DNA of 64,000 bases from Lytechinus pictus (GCF_037042905.1 NC_087250.1:18974001-19038000), one strand, 5' to 3'. Positions 49,834 through 63,009 are shown, numbered from the stretch's first letter. Notes: generated by a model not told the origin, from the letters alone. Numbers and translations: made by a program.

Positions 49834-50446
49834 TTAAAGGACAAGTCCACCCCAACAAAAACTTGATTTGAATAAAAAGAGAAAAATTCAACACGAATAA
49901 CACTGAAAATTTCATCAAAATCGGATGTAAAATAAGAAAGTTATGACATTTTTAAGTTTTGCTTCATTTCACAAAACAGTTATATGCACATCTCGGTCGG
50001 TATGCAAATGAGGGAACTGATGACATCACTCACTCACTATTTCTTTTGTATTTTATTATATGAAATATGAAATATTTTTATTTTCTCATCATTGTCATGT
50101 GAAATGAAGTTTCATTCCTCCCTGAACACGTGGAATTCCATTATTTTAACATTTTGTGCTTCAGGCAAGGAGGTCCTAATCATCAAATTCGTAAAAATTG
50201 AAATACTGTATAATTCAAACAATAACAAAGAAAAGAAATAGTGAGTGAGTGACATCAACGACTCTCTCATTTGGATGTAACTGGCTCGTTCATATATAAC
50301 TATTTTGTTAAAAATAAGCGAAACTTTGAAATGTCATAACTTTCTTATTTTACATCCGATTTTGATGAAATTTTCAGCATTGTGCTTGTCTGATTTTTCT
50401 CTATTGATTCAAAGCAACATTTTTCTGAGGTGGACTTGACCTTTAA
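49834..50446. mobile_element. Kolobok-type MITE family A
   Basis: Complete, with TTAA flanks. Confidence 0.85.
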
Positions 50447-50906
50447 ACAAATGCTGAGTGAATACATTTTTCACATAAATATTTCGCATGGTATTCTGAG
50501 ATCCATTTTATCTCAGAAGAAAATATTTTATCTCCGTTAAAATAAGTGAGTTAAATATCCTTAAAATCTCTCCGAATAGGTATTCTAAAAACCATTTCAT
50601 CTTCATTTTATCTCTGTAAGACACGCCTATCTTTGAACAAATGTCCAATGAGAAACGCAGTTTTATATAGCTCTCTCATCTCATTCAACCAATGAAAATC
50701 CATTCCTTTATCAAATGCCATTGCGACATTTTGATGGGTGTCACGTGACGTATTGCATGAGGAATCTGCTGCGATATTACGATTCGTGACAGGTGACGTC
50801 ATGTATCGTCATGTGTCAGAAAGCTGTGGTAGTAATGGACGGTCAACACATAATACCACATTCTGCGACAATGATAATTTGATCGTTGGCGTTGCATTGC
50901 CGGTAG

Positions 50907-51366
50907 GGTTACACTTCGTAATTCCGAAGGTTCTTTATTCCGAAGGTTCGTAATTCCGAAACACGTAAATTGCCTATACCTCGATGTTCGTTAATCCGAA
51001 AACGTAAAAGGGTTCGTTAATCCGAACATTTGTGGCGTTATTTCGAAGGTTCGTTATTCCGAAGATTCGATAATCCGAAAACGAAATAAGGTTCGATGTT
51101 CCGAAGGTTCTTCAATCCGAAAACGAAATAAGGTTCGTTGTTCCGAAGGTTCGTTATTAGTCCGAAAACGAAATAAGGTTCGTTAATCATTTCGTTTTCG
51201 GACTAACGAACCTTCGGAATTACGAACCTCATTTCGTTTTCGGACTAACGAACCTTCGGAATTACGAACCTTATTTCGTTTTCGGATTAACGAACCTTCG
51301 GAATTACGAACCTTCGGAATTACGAACCTTCGGAAATACGAACCTTCGGAATTACGAATGTATGCG
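50907..51366. mobile_element. Same MULE-type MITE family
   Basis: 9-bp TSD tgccggtag on both sides. Confidence 0.85.
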
Positions 51367-51469
51367 TGCCGGTAGTAGCAGAACCTCTCAATGCAAAAGT
51401 TTTATTGGTTTACATTTCTTGCCTGTATTTATGTAATAACAATACGTTCCATTTGAATAGCGCAGCTAC

Positions 51470-51741
51470 TATAATTGCATATACTCTATCTACTGAGCTT
51501 GATACTTGGCATCATATCATTTACACCGGCTGTAGCTGAGGCGCCGTATTTGCGCTAAAGCATTACAGGAATAAATCCTACCGGGTACCAATTCACCTCA
51601 CCTAGGTCGAGTGCAGCACAATGTGCATGATGTGGGTATAACTAAATTTCTTGCTGAAGGAAAACAACGACATGGCTGGGATTCAACCCATGTCCCTCTG
51701 ATTGAAATACGAGAGTCGTAACCACTCGAACACGACGCCCC
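51470..51741 (-). mobile_element. tRNA-derived SINE with a CORE-like domain
   Basis: Minus-strand head ggggcgtcgtg.tcgagtggtta...gggttgaatccc, followed by ccttcagcaagaaattt. Confidence 0.65.
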
Positions 51742-51949
51742 ACATTTTTTTAAACAAATGCAAGCTGAAATAAATGTCACGCGTATTAGTATTTGAAATT
51801 AGAATGAGATAACATCACAATAATTAACCGTTAAACATATATTGTAGCCGGGTTCTTTTTAAATTCAACTGACAAAGCTCTAACAACTTGCAACACCCGC
51901 CCCCACTTAATAAATTACTTCGATCCATGTCGTTTCTTTTTTCGTTTAG

Positions 51950-52053
51950 GATTCAGTTCGTTGGCATTCATTGGTTTATTGGGAGTTCCTCTACTTCTTC
52001 TGCCAGCGATTTTCGCTATATATAAATTAGTTTTCAGGCACCGCAGGAAAAAG
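51950..52053 (+). CDS. Transmembrane exon
   Basis: Acceptor ttttttcgtttag and donor AAG|GTAACC; FSSLAFIGLLGVPLLLLPAIFAIYKLVF followed by the basic stop-transfer RHRRKK; phase 1 to 0. Confidence 0.85.
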
Positions 52054-52424
52054 GTAACCGTACAATACATTTTGAATAATTTTCTGTTAAAATGACTTTT
52101 ATTTCCTCCCCTTCTCGCTCGAAACTGATATTTTTGGTCTAACGCATTAAATTACAGTAATAACGAATGCATGCGTTGTATATGATCGGGTCCACTTAAT
52201 CCAATATGTATATGTTTGATGAAAGTATCATACTAAATAATTAGGGCTTCGATTACTGTGCAAAGAATACATGAACTGTGCTCTCATACTTATTTTTGGG
52301 ATGTGGCAATTGTAGCATTTTGGTTTTGAACATAAATGATGAAGATTATAGTATGCAGTCAGTAATGTATTTGCCGAAAAGTATTCAACTTTTTCGTCCC
52401 TTCCTCTTATTTTTTTTCTTCCAG

Positions 52425-52491
52425 ACATACACATTCCCAAACCCCAACCCCAAAACAGAACACGAAACATTGGATATCCTCCTAGTTTTGA
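52425..52491 (+). CDS. Candidate juxtamembrane cytoplasmic exon (phase 0 to 1)
   Basis: Long pyrimidine tract ending ttccag; TYTFPNPNPKTEHETLDILLVL; donor A|GTAAAT. Confidence 0.55.
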
Positions 52492-53379
52492 GTAAATTGT
52501 TTCTTCTTTTTTTCTTACGATAATTACACAACACGACACTGAAATCGAATACTGTTAATAATGTTAATGATTAGTACAATTTCCACCTTTATTTGCAGTA
52601 TTTGATACTTGATGAAACTTCGGGGAAAGATGATTTAGATGGTGAGTACATCGATGTAAAAATAAAATGGATATAGCAACAACGCACTCCTTTGAGGCCA
52701 CCGGAAACGCTAAAAAAGTATGATGGTGGTCCCCAAGTCTGCGCACCTAACGATTTGAGTTAAATTTACCATGAATTTCTTTTCATTTCACAAAATCTAA
52801 CAGTTGATAATGTTTCTTGTATTATTATGAGTGTGCCAAATATAAAAATTTGAAAGAAAAATATGATTTTCTTGGAAAAAAAACCTCGGGCAGTCATTTT
52901 CAGACTGAACAAAAAAAAATGGTGCCCTATGACTGCACACCCATTTACTTTGTACGCCCCTCGGGGATTTTGATTAGAACGGCTGCATTTTGAGACTGTC
53001 ACATGTACATGAAATGCCCCTGGTTCATTATTTTCCACCATTTTGAGTCGGAATTTTTTAAATGAATATCTGTACTGCATGTGTATAGTGTTCGTTGCGT
53101 ATCTTCTTTTACTAGAATTACGCATATGCGCAGACAAGGGGGACTGCGCAAACTTGGGGGAACTCGCCAGAATTTAACAAAAAAGGTGAAGCGCGCACAA
53201 AGTTCCACACTTTTCAGGCTGAAAATGTTCTATTTTATAATAATAAAAAAATCAGGAGAAATTCTATAATTATGAAAAGTTAAGACACAAATCATGAAGC
53301 AGGTTACTTAAAAATGATATTAAAAAATTTATGAAATGCAAAATGGTAATGAAATAAGATTTTTTTTTCTTTTATCCTC

Positions 53380-54928
53380 TTAAGGACGTTCCACAGTTAA
53401 AGTGAAATCCATGTCATTTTCACCAAACTTTGCACATAGATACTTTAGAACCTTAATATTCGAAATATGCAAAAATTAACATAGGTCCATGTGCTTGATT
53501 TTTTTCTATAGAGCTTCAAAGTTCACCCAAATTGATGTTCTTAAAGGTCAAGTCCACCTCAGAAAAATGTTGATTTTAATCAATAGAGAAAAATCAGACA
53601 AGCACAATGCTGAAAATTTCATCAAAATCGGATGTAAAATAAGAAAGTTGTGACATTTCAAAGTTTCGCTTATTTTTAACAAAATATTTATATGAACGAG
53701 CCAGTTACATCCAAATGAGAGAGTCGATGATGTCACTCACTCACTATTTCTTTTGTTTTTTATTGTTTGAATTATACAATATTTCAATTTTTACGAATTT
53801 GACGATTAGGACCTCCTAGCCTGAAGCACAACATGTTAAAATAATGGAATTCCACATGTTCAGGGAGGAATGCAACTTCATTTCACATGACAATGACGAG
53901 AAAATAAAAATATTTCATATTTCATATAATAAAATACAAAAGAAATAGTGAGTGAGTGATGTCATCAGTTCCTCATTTGCATACCGACCGAGATGTGCAT
54001 ATAACTGTTTTGTGAAATGAAGCTAAACTTAAAAATGCCATAACTTTCTTATTTTACATCCGATTTTGAAGAAATTTTCAGTGTTATGCTTGTTGAATTT
54101 TTCTCTTTTTATTCAAATCAAGTTTTTGTTGGGGTGGACTTGTCCTTTAAGAATTGCGCATTCAAAAGAATTTGGCATTTTTAGACCGCCCAAGATTACT
54201 ACAATGAGTTTAAACCTCCATTACTCATTCAAAATACATGAAAAAGTCATCAAATTTCGCAAGAGAGTTAATAATTGTATCGTTAGAATGGAGAATCTAT
54301 TAATAGTGCTATTTGTTTGCAATTTTAAGTTTAACAGCACTGTCAGTTCTTAAAAATGGCGTAAAAGATAACAAAATCCCAATCTGAAAAATGTAAAATT
54401 TCAGTAACAAAATACAAACGTACAATAAATGCTGCACTTTATTCAAAATCCATGTCATTTTCACCAAAATTTGCAGAGTTGTAGAGGAAGGTATACCTAA
54501 GAGGTAGAAACATTAAAAAATAGGGGTTCATGTGCTTGTTTTTAAACTATCAGCATTTTTATTAGAGCAAATGTGCTTTTTAAAACACCAAAAATGGGCC
54601 GAATGCTTAGTATCTATGTGAAGAAAAAATCAAAACCACTCTACCATTTATTCAAACTCGGGCTAATATTCGTGATTCTTGGCAGCACTGCAGAGTAAAG
54701 TATTTTGAAATTGTAGAGAATATTTTTTTGAATGGTCCATGGAATAATTCAATTTTTTAGCTTCATGAAATAACGCATCGGATCTGCAGTTAAAGTGCAG
54801 AAGACGAGAAAAATCAGCTCATACCCGCAGCTAATTAATACCTGTTCATCCATTGTGACGTCAGCGCGCAGAGTGTAAACTATGCGCAGATCATAATGCG
54901 CACAAACATAACTGTGGAACGTCCTTAA
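53380..54928. mobile_element. Kolobok-type element with a nested family A MITE (53541-54150)
   Basis: ttaa-ggacgttccacagtta ... taactgtggaacgtcc-ttaa. Confidence 0.85.
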
Positions 54929-54934
54929 TCGAGG

Positions 54935-56010
54935 TATTTATTCACAATAACATGTACATATATATACAAACAATAAAAAAAATCAATTCACTTCAATAAT
55001 GCAATAATTTTTTGAATATCACATTTTTTCAAAATTCCGAACTTGCTTTTTTGTTTACATAAACTTTCTAAATAAATAATCATAGTAAGCTTGAATTCAA
55101 TCCATAAAGAATTCGCATCATATCTTTTTCCTTTGAATATGCTTTTTATGTAATTTCGATAAATAACAAATTGAGCAATAACACAAAATAAATTACACAT
55201 AACATTGCTGGAACTTTGCAGATCATAACCTATGATTAATGTTTTTTCATCTATAGAAATAGTAATCTTGAAAATATAAAATACCAACCTTTCTATAATT
55301 TTCCAAAAAAATCGAACATATTTACAATACAGTATGAAATGAAAAGTGGTATCAACTTCTCCGCAAATGTTACATGAGTTGTTTTCTACTACATGCCACT
55401 TAAATAAATTGTCTCTTGAGGGTAAAATCTTGTTCAAAAATTTAAAACTAAATTGTCTAATTCTATTATCCACAATTAAATGCAACTTAAAATAAAATAC
55501 ATGGTTCCAACTAAAGGAAACTGGTAATGAAAAAAGATTAGACCAAAAAGAAACAATGCCTGGTTCTTCCGATACCTCCGAACATAATAAAGAATATATC
55601 TTTCTTGTTGGTAAATAATCTAGAGTTATTTGTTCTCCACTTTTTAATGAAATTAAGATTCGTTCACTTTTTTTTAATTCGAATGGATAATTTTCCTTAA
55701 ACAACTTATTCAACCAATAAACAGGGAAAGACTTTTTTAATTTAGCATATTCTAAATCAAATAAAAGCTGAGAAGAATAGACAGATTTATTTAAAATATT
55801 TGGTGCTAACCACTGACGATTTCTTATAACATCTTTAACCCTAATTATACCTGCATGCTTCCATTTCTTATATACCAACATACGTTTATTAAAAGTAATA
55901 TTGCTGTTATTCCAAATGATTTCATTTTCAATGTTTTTTACTCCAAATATACCAATATATCTTAACTTAGACCAGCTACAAAAAAAATCATGGTAAAAAC
56001 TAGGTATATT
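54935..56010 (-). mobile_element. 5'-truncated L1/Tx1-type LINE fragment (ORF2 C-terminus, ORF 54988-55881)
   Basis: IIWNNSNI..., W..AGI..VKD, FKFLNKILP...L.KW....CNICGEVDTTFHFILYC..V..FW (zf-RVT-like). Confidence 0.8.
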
Positions 56011-56577
56011 TGCTTATGTTATTTTGTAATGAAATAAGATAATAGATGAATAATTCGTCGGGTTTTTTTTAATAAAGAGTTTGATATCAAAATACAGAAA
56101 CAGAAAATGGAGCGAATCGAACGATAAGATATAGATATACAATCCAAAAAGTATATGATCAGTTAATAAATAAATCAGTGTAATTGATTTAAATAAATAA
56201 TAAAGAAACCGTTGAAAAGATTAAATTGGATCCCAGTTGGAGCTAAATTTTAGAAAAATGCGGTTCTAGTTACTCCAATACTTCAATTATTTTTAAAGAA
56301 AATAATCCTTTAATCCTTCCATTATCATCATACTGTAGGACCCATATAACAGAGCATAAAATCCAGTATGTCGTAATTTGAGTAATATTTTAGTACATGT
56401 AGTAATACTAGGACATGCAGAGTATTAGGCCATGTGTGTCTTTCCCTCTCTCCCTTCCTCTCTCTGTCTATCTCTCTCTCACACACACACACACACATTT
56501 TCTCGACCTTGCTCTCTCTCACACACACACACACACATACATTTAATTCTATTTTTTGTCGTGTCTTGTTCACACAG

Positions 56578-56669
56578 ACGTTCCATTTGAATGCGATGGA
56601 TACTATACCGCCCAAAAAATCAAGCAAGCCATCCTGACAGATATGTCTATAGAACTGAACCGGAAAATG
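56578..56669 (+). CDS. Candidate cytoplasmic linker exon (phase 1 to 0)
   Basis: Acceptor gtcttgttcacacag and donor ATG|GTAATT; VPFECDGYYTAQKIKQAILTDMSIELNRKM. Confidence 0.55.
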
Positions 56670-56874
56670 GTAATTGCTTTTATTTTGTATCAGATGTTTC
56701 TTTCCTGTTCTCTTATTATTATTATTATTATTGTACTTCTTCTGCTAGTTCTTCTCCTTCTCCGTATTCTATTATTGTTTTCATTATTATCATCTTTACG
56801 ATCATCATTACTATTCTTCTCCTCCTCTTCCTCCTTCTTCTTCTTCTTCTCCTTCCCCTTCTTCTTCTTCTTCC

Positions 56875-57445
56875 CCCGGGGGGGGGGGGGGGGGCACTTA
56901 CATTGACGAGTGGATACCATGCGCGACCAGAAAAACACGTAAAAAGGATGTCTTTTTCAAGAAAGGGCACGTTATGTATGTACCGTAATAAGGGTGTCAA
57001 AAACACAAAAATAATGAAAAAAGGGTATCTATTTCGCTAGGAAAGCTACGTGTTTAGGGTCAAATTTGCGGGGATGGTAAACAAAATTAAAATGTTTTAT
57101 AAAGGATGTCCTTTTTGCCCTAACACTACGTGTTTAGAGTACGATTTGCGCGAGGTGTGGAAGGTGGGGCCGTATACTAAACTAAGTGATGTGTAAAGGT
57201 AAACCCGACGACCGACGGACCCGTGACATATCGCTGTACTTGTTTAGGGGTTCATTTACAGGGAATACTTGTCAAGAGTATCGTTTTGTTTCCAATACTT
57301 GTTAAGGGTAGGGTTTTACACGCCAATACTTGATAAGGGGTGCATTTTCAGAATATGGAAAATACGTGTTTAGGGTGCTTTTCGAGACCCCGTGGTCGCG
57401 CATGGTATCCACTCGTCAATGGAAGTGGCCCCCCCCCCCCCCGGG
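56875..57445. mobile_element. MITE with CCCGGG(G)n termini
   Basis: TIR cattgacgagtggataccatgcgcgacca / tggtcgcgcatggtatccactcgtcaatg. Confidence 0.8.
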
Positions 57446-58111
57446 CTTCTTCCCCTTCTTCTTTCCCATCCTCCACCACTGAGGTCGGAGATCAGTAGCA
57501 GGGTGATGATGCATGAAGGGGTGCCCATCAGCAATCAATACATGAAATTTCATGGCATTAATCTATGAAATTGTGGTATTATTAATGACAACCTGTATGA
57601 CTGTATGGCATTTGGGATACAATGATTGAACCTGAAGTGACATTATAGCCCTTCTTCTGAAGTCGGGTTTAAGTATGGATAGACAACTGTTACATAAATT
57701 ACTAACAGTAGAGATATCATATTTCAGCTCACTTGGCTCTCAAGTTATTCATAATTGTCCAGGAAGTATAAATAGATGATTATCTTCACCATTGAAGAAT
57801 CAGGAAAGAGCACAGTAAATATAAGAAATATACAACTTAATAAAATTTTTGAGATATTGGCTTCCCATTATTTTATCATAGAGTTAGACCATGGTTTAAG
57901 TTCACCCTGACTTCAGGATACGGGCCATTGCGCCCATTTAGAGAAAGAGCGGATATTATTGATGCAATGTTAAGAAAAATAAATGAAGGGCTGGGTCTCA
58001 AATGTGTGTTTGAAATTGGTTGCACGTAGAGTTGTGTAAGGAGTTTCGGTTTAATTATTTCTGAAGTGGGGCCCTGACTGACAAAGCTAGATACTAATTG
58101 TAAAGATGAAA

Positions 58112-58690
58112 TTAAAGGGATGGTCCAGGCTGGAGATATTTATATATCAATAAATAGAGTAAAATTCACAGAAATATTGATCAAAATCGATAACAAATAA
58201 CGAAGTTATTGAATTTTAAAGATATGCATTATTCAGGTGAAACAGTTCTAGGCAGGTCTTCATGCATATTCATTAGGTGGGCTGATGATGTCATATCCCC
58301 ACTTGTTCTTTTGCATTTTATTATATGAAATTTTTCAACCAAGAACTAAAACAATTGGATTGACAACTGATTAAATGCATTAGTTATTTATTTCCGCGAC
58401 TAATTTCATCTTAATGGAGACATATCATTTACACATGTATGAAAAAATGAAACAATTATGATTTCATGTAATAACATAATAAAAAAGAAAGTGATGTGAC
58501 ATCATTAGCACACCTAATGAAAATTTATGACGATGTGCATATAATTGTTTTCACAAAATATTGATAAACTTAAAATTCAATAACTTTGCTAGTTGTTATC
58601 TGATTTTGATGAAATTTTCAGCATTTTGCTTTGTGAATTTTACTCTATTTATTTAGATATAATTATTTTCAGCCCGGACCATCCCTCTAA
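58112..58690. mobile_element. Kolobok-type MITE
   Basis: ttaa-agggatggtcc.ggctg ... cagcccggaccatccct-ctaa. Confidence 0.75.
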
Positions 58691-58845
58691 AATGTCGAAA
58701 ACGCATTGCACACGGTAATAGAAAATAGGTGTCAAAATATAACAGATAATGTTAGGTGATTGTTTGTAATTTCTGTGGTTTATTTGATGATTTTTTTCAA
58801 CTTCTGGTACCTTCTGGTCTCTTATTACATCATACTATCTTTTAG

Positions 58846-59019
58846 TGCTACGCCATGGACAAACCAGACAAGGGAGTTGCTTTCATCTTGAACAACTACA
58901 TATTTGATACCTACAGAGCGAGTGAAAGGAAGGGATCTCATATTGATTTGGTCAATGTGAGGCATGTCTTTAAGGAGATTGGATATGCCCCTGAAGAAGC
59001 TCAAAATCTAACTGCTGAG
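58846..59019 (+). CDS. Caspase (peptidase C14A) p20 N-terminal exon
   Basis: Phase 0-0 exon CYAMDKPDKGVAFILNNYIFDTYRASERKGSHIDLVNVRHVFKEIGYAPEEAQNLTAE, matching the caspase pattern Y.M...P.G...I.NN..F......R.GS..D......F...G......NLT. The catalytic His/Cys exons were not seen in the window. Confidence 0.85.
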
Positions 59020-59189
59020 GTAATACTTTTTGCCTATGAACTATGTGAATATTGAAGTACCCTCCCCCCCCCCATTAAGTTATAATTGCTGATCCTATAG
59101 ACACACTTTCTTACATCTTACGTACAACACGCTCCTGCGACCTCAGTGACCCACACACGTTACTTTGTGAATTCATCCAAATTAGCAAA

Positions 59190-59610
59190 ATCCACACCCA
59201 CACGAACACACTAACCATTAGACACATAGCTTATCCCTTCCAGTATGTGCACCCCACGCCCTCACTCAACACACTCACACCCACGCTGACCCTAGAAAAC
59301 ACAGATTTGTATCTATTCAGCATGCGCACTTCACACCCACACACACCCACTAACCCTACAAGAAACACAGATGTTGTATTTATAACAGCATGTATACGCG
59401 TACCCCACACCTCACCCACACACAACCAATTACCCTTAGAAACACAGAATTGTATATATTTCAGAATGTGCACCCATGTTGTCACACCCACGCTGACCCT
59501 AGGAAACACAGACATATGTATCTATTCTAGCATGTGCACCCCACGCCCTCACCCACACACATGCACCCACTCACCCTAAGAAACGTGTTTTACTCACCCA
59601 CCCTAATCAG
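59190..59610. repeat. Degenerate ~75-100-bp minisatellite
   Basis: Recurrent cacccac...accctagaaa(a)cacaga...cagcatg units. Confidence 0.6.
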
Positions 59611-59889
59611 GTTAAGAACAAAGAGAGAGAGGGGGAGGGGAAAAGTGGTTGGGAGGGGAGGCAACAACATATGTACATGCATATTTATATATCTTTTCAT
59701 TTCTCGTTTATCGTGTATCCTTATCCCTATCTAGAGAAGATGTGTTATGTAGAAAATTTGGATATTATCTAAATAAACCATGGAGGTAAAAAATTGAGGT
59801 AAATGAGTATTAACCTTGTCAATATGCATTTTTGTCTCCCCTGTATCAAACACGCCGAAGTTCTTAATCGTTTTAAATAAGATATATAA

Positions 59890-60253
59890 GAGTGCGTCCC
59901 ACAAGAATGATAGATTTAACAATTATTAAATATATTGTTTACTATAAATTTGATACTCATGGCAAAATTGGAATCTCATCCCGAATTTGAAACCAACAGC
60001 CAAGCACATCGTTCACGCATGTCAGATTACAAACAATAAAAAAATATTGACGCTTATTAGAAACGATCTGCGCAGAAACTTACGTGTATATCTTAATCCA
60101 CTCTCATTTCAGGGATCGTCGAACAAGCACGGTGGTCGTATCTTGAAGAAAGATAATTGAATTATATGATTATGTAAATAAAATATGATTTATTTGCCTT
60201 TGAAGAAAAAAAGACATGGGTATCCCGGTTTTCTTTTTTTCTGAGACGCACTG
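59890..60253. mobile_element. Tc1/mariner-type MITE, degraded
   Basis: agtgcgtcccaca ... tgagacgcactg-ta. Confidence 0.55.
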
Positions 60254-60523
60254 TATACATACATACCCACACCAACACATATATATATATGTATAAGAGG
60301 GAATGGTCTGCGAATATCAACCTTGACCCTAAACTCTCTACCGCTATGGGCGATCCTCCCCTTCACTCACAACGCCAGCCTCCTAGCATTAGAAAGCTAC
60401 TAGTAAGGAGCGAACTGCCCAAACCTTCGCCCCCAAAAGGCAACAAAAGATGTGGCAAGCCACGATGCCAAGTGTGCACTTACTTAACCACCGATAGCAC
60501 AGTAAAAATTTCTCAGTCCCGTA

Positions 60524-63007
60524 AGCCCTGGTCACAAGCCGCCGTACGGTTTTTTTGGCCGTACGTTTTTGGGGGGAGGCTACGGTCGCTGCGTTTTTCT
60601 GAAAACGTAAGGAAAAGAGGCGAACGCAGGGAGCAAGTGCATCGACGCACGTCACTCGTACGACTATGCAAGGTGTAAGTACGTAGTGCGTGCGCTGCCC
60701 GCGTGTCACGCCTTGCAGTGAGCGATTGCGTGCAATGTACGTCGCGCACGTGTGGAGTGAGTTGTACCTGCTTACAACGTACGATCTCCGTGCGTTCGAC
60801 ACATTTTGGAATGGAGGCCGTACTTACACGTGCTGCTCACGTACGCCGTCCTTACTTACGCGCAGGTTGCAACTGCATGCACTTGCGATGAACGTAAGCC
60901 CCCCCCCCCATGTGGTGGGGTATATTTATAGAGATTGATCTTCTGACGTCCTTCAAAATGTCGCCTCTTCTACCACAGAGACTCCAAATACTTCTGATAC
61001 TGCAAGAGCAGCTTCAAGTGGCAGGGCATGAGCAAGACGTGGGACCTTTATAAACATCGATAACTTGGACGGCAAATATTACTTGACGTGTTATAAACAA
61101 TGATTTCATTCGCTACTTCTAACTCCTTAATATTGTAATAAAGAATATTGACAGTTTTGAAGCAATCCTTCTTGAATAGAAAAGGTCCATGTACTATTAG
61201 AAAGGTTTGGGCAAAACTAACTGCAATTATAATGCCAATCAAAACTTATATTCTCCATTATGGGGAGGGGGATTGCCTTTCCTTTTAGAAAAAAGAAGGA
61301 ATTGTCTTTACGTGTGATTACACATATTGACTATATATCAATGGTGTAGATACTTTCAATGTTTCAGGAGTCGCCGCGCCTTGGAACCTGGCCTGAAACT
61401 CGCCATCACTCTTCGCTTTTTTGGCAACGGGAAGCAGGTCCCTTGCATATGACTTCCGGGTGGCACACAATAGTATATCCATGTTCGTACCGGAAGTTTG
61501 CACCGCCCTATACGAGGAATATAAGGAGATAGATGCGCACCATGCCCTCTACCCAGGACGAGTGGATCGCTCTTATAAGTGGTTCTGCTCTGTGGTGCTC
61601 ATGGCAATCGTGGATTCTAACTATTCCTTCTTGTGGTGCAATATTGGGGTCAACGGCTCCTCTTCAGATGCAGGCGTGTTCAACCAGTCCACGTTTTGGG
61701 GAGCATTCCGGGAGCACTTGAGGGAACCACCATTGGATTTCCACCACCGGATCCACTGCCAGGTGACGACCAGAATTTTCCTAATTTCCTAGTGGGCGAC
61801 GACGCGTTTCCCCTTCGAAAGTGGCTGATGAAGCCATATTGTCGCCATGCCCTGATACACAAAGAGAGGGTAATGAACTAGCGGACCTCTCGGGCTCGTC
61901 GTGTCGTAGAGAACGGTTTCGGGATATTGGCTCATCGATGGCGATGTCTCTTGACTACCTTGCAGATGGAGCCTAACAACAGAATTTGCGTCCTGTTGGG
62001 TTGTATCATCCTTCACAATTTGCTTCGAAACACCGGCTCGGACAAACTGACGTGAATGTGGACCGTGAGGATGCGGATGGCAAGGTAATCTCCGGGGCCT
62101 GGAGGAATGATGTACAGATGACCGAACCCGACCAGATGGTCGGCCAACGGGCCGCGAGGGAAGGAAAACCCCTAAGGAACTACTTCGCGAACTATTACAG
62201 TTCCCCGCTCGGACGAATACCATGGCAGGATCTCGTTGTGTGAACGCAGGAACTCGTAATAAGCATTATTTCATTTCATAGAAATCTATGAAAAAGAATT
62301 TTTTTTTAATTCTTGTTTTTATTTTATTTGGCGGACTAATACGGTTTCCCACTGTCTTTGTTTGAACTCATGATACACGATTCGATTTCATTTGTTTACA
62401 TTCTACAACCTCTTCAAGCACTCATGATAACAAATTTTGGACATAGTTCATGAAATTCATGTATTATGTAGTGTGTGAATAAATAAGAATAAGGTCATTA
62501 TGTGGAACATGGTAATAAAATATGACTTTGTGTTTTCTTGTTTATATATGAGCACAACGTGCGTTGTAAGTGCTGATCACATGCTTACTCCGCACGTGCA
62601 CGTGAGTTCTTCACGTTCATTTGAATAATTAGATTGGGAAAGTGCCGAGTAAGCACGGGCCACGCAATTATCCGTGCGGCAACGCGCACTTGCTAAGTGC
62701 ACCTTCGGTACAGGAAGTGGCCGCGGCGAATATCTAAAAAGTCTCACGGAGTCGGTGCGTTGTGCGTACTTTGGCAGTACCGAGGGCGTGCGTGCGCGCA
62801 CGTGGGGCAAATCCGTAGCTCGAACGTAGCCTGCACGCAGCGAAAGTTCCTCCTGCACTAAAAGTTCTGCGTCGTGTCTGCGCACTGCCAAATCCGTACC
62901 GAGTCGGTACTCATCACGTGCGTGACGTACGAATTTCCCGATTTTTGCCCACGTTTTCGCACGTAGACTGCGCGCACGTGCAAGTACGACGGGATGTGAA
63001 CACAGCT
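60524..63007 (+). mobile_element. Decayed PIF/Harbinger DNA transposon
   Basis: Imperfect TIRs agccctggtcaca / tgtgaacacagct, flanks GTA/TTA (TWA-type TSD with one change), GC-rich subterminal regions and a transposase remnant. Confidence 0.85.
61364..62243 (+). pseudogene. Harbinger DDE transposase (HARBI1-like) pseudogene
   Basis: LAITLRFLATG; YK.F.SVVLMAIVD...GSSSDAGVF; FLVGDDAFPL..WLMKPY; RARRVVENGFGILA.RWR. Interrupted by frameshifts, a stop and deletions. Confidence 0.88.
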
Positions 63008-63009
63008 TT

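Noticed and set aside
49073..49837. 254-aa ORF as a stand-alone gene
   Set aside because: Only 49287-49664 is bounded by splice sites; the flanks are intronic read-through.
56591..57040. Hydrophobic or charged low-complexity ORFs
   Set aside because: They derive from (ATT)/(CTT) microsatellites and a MITE end.
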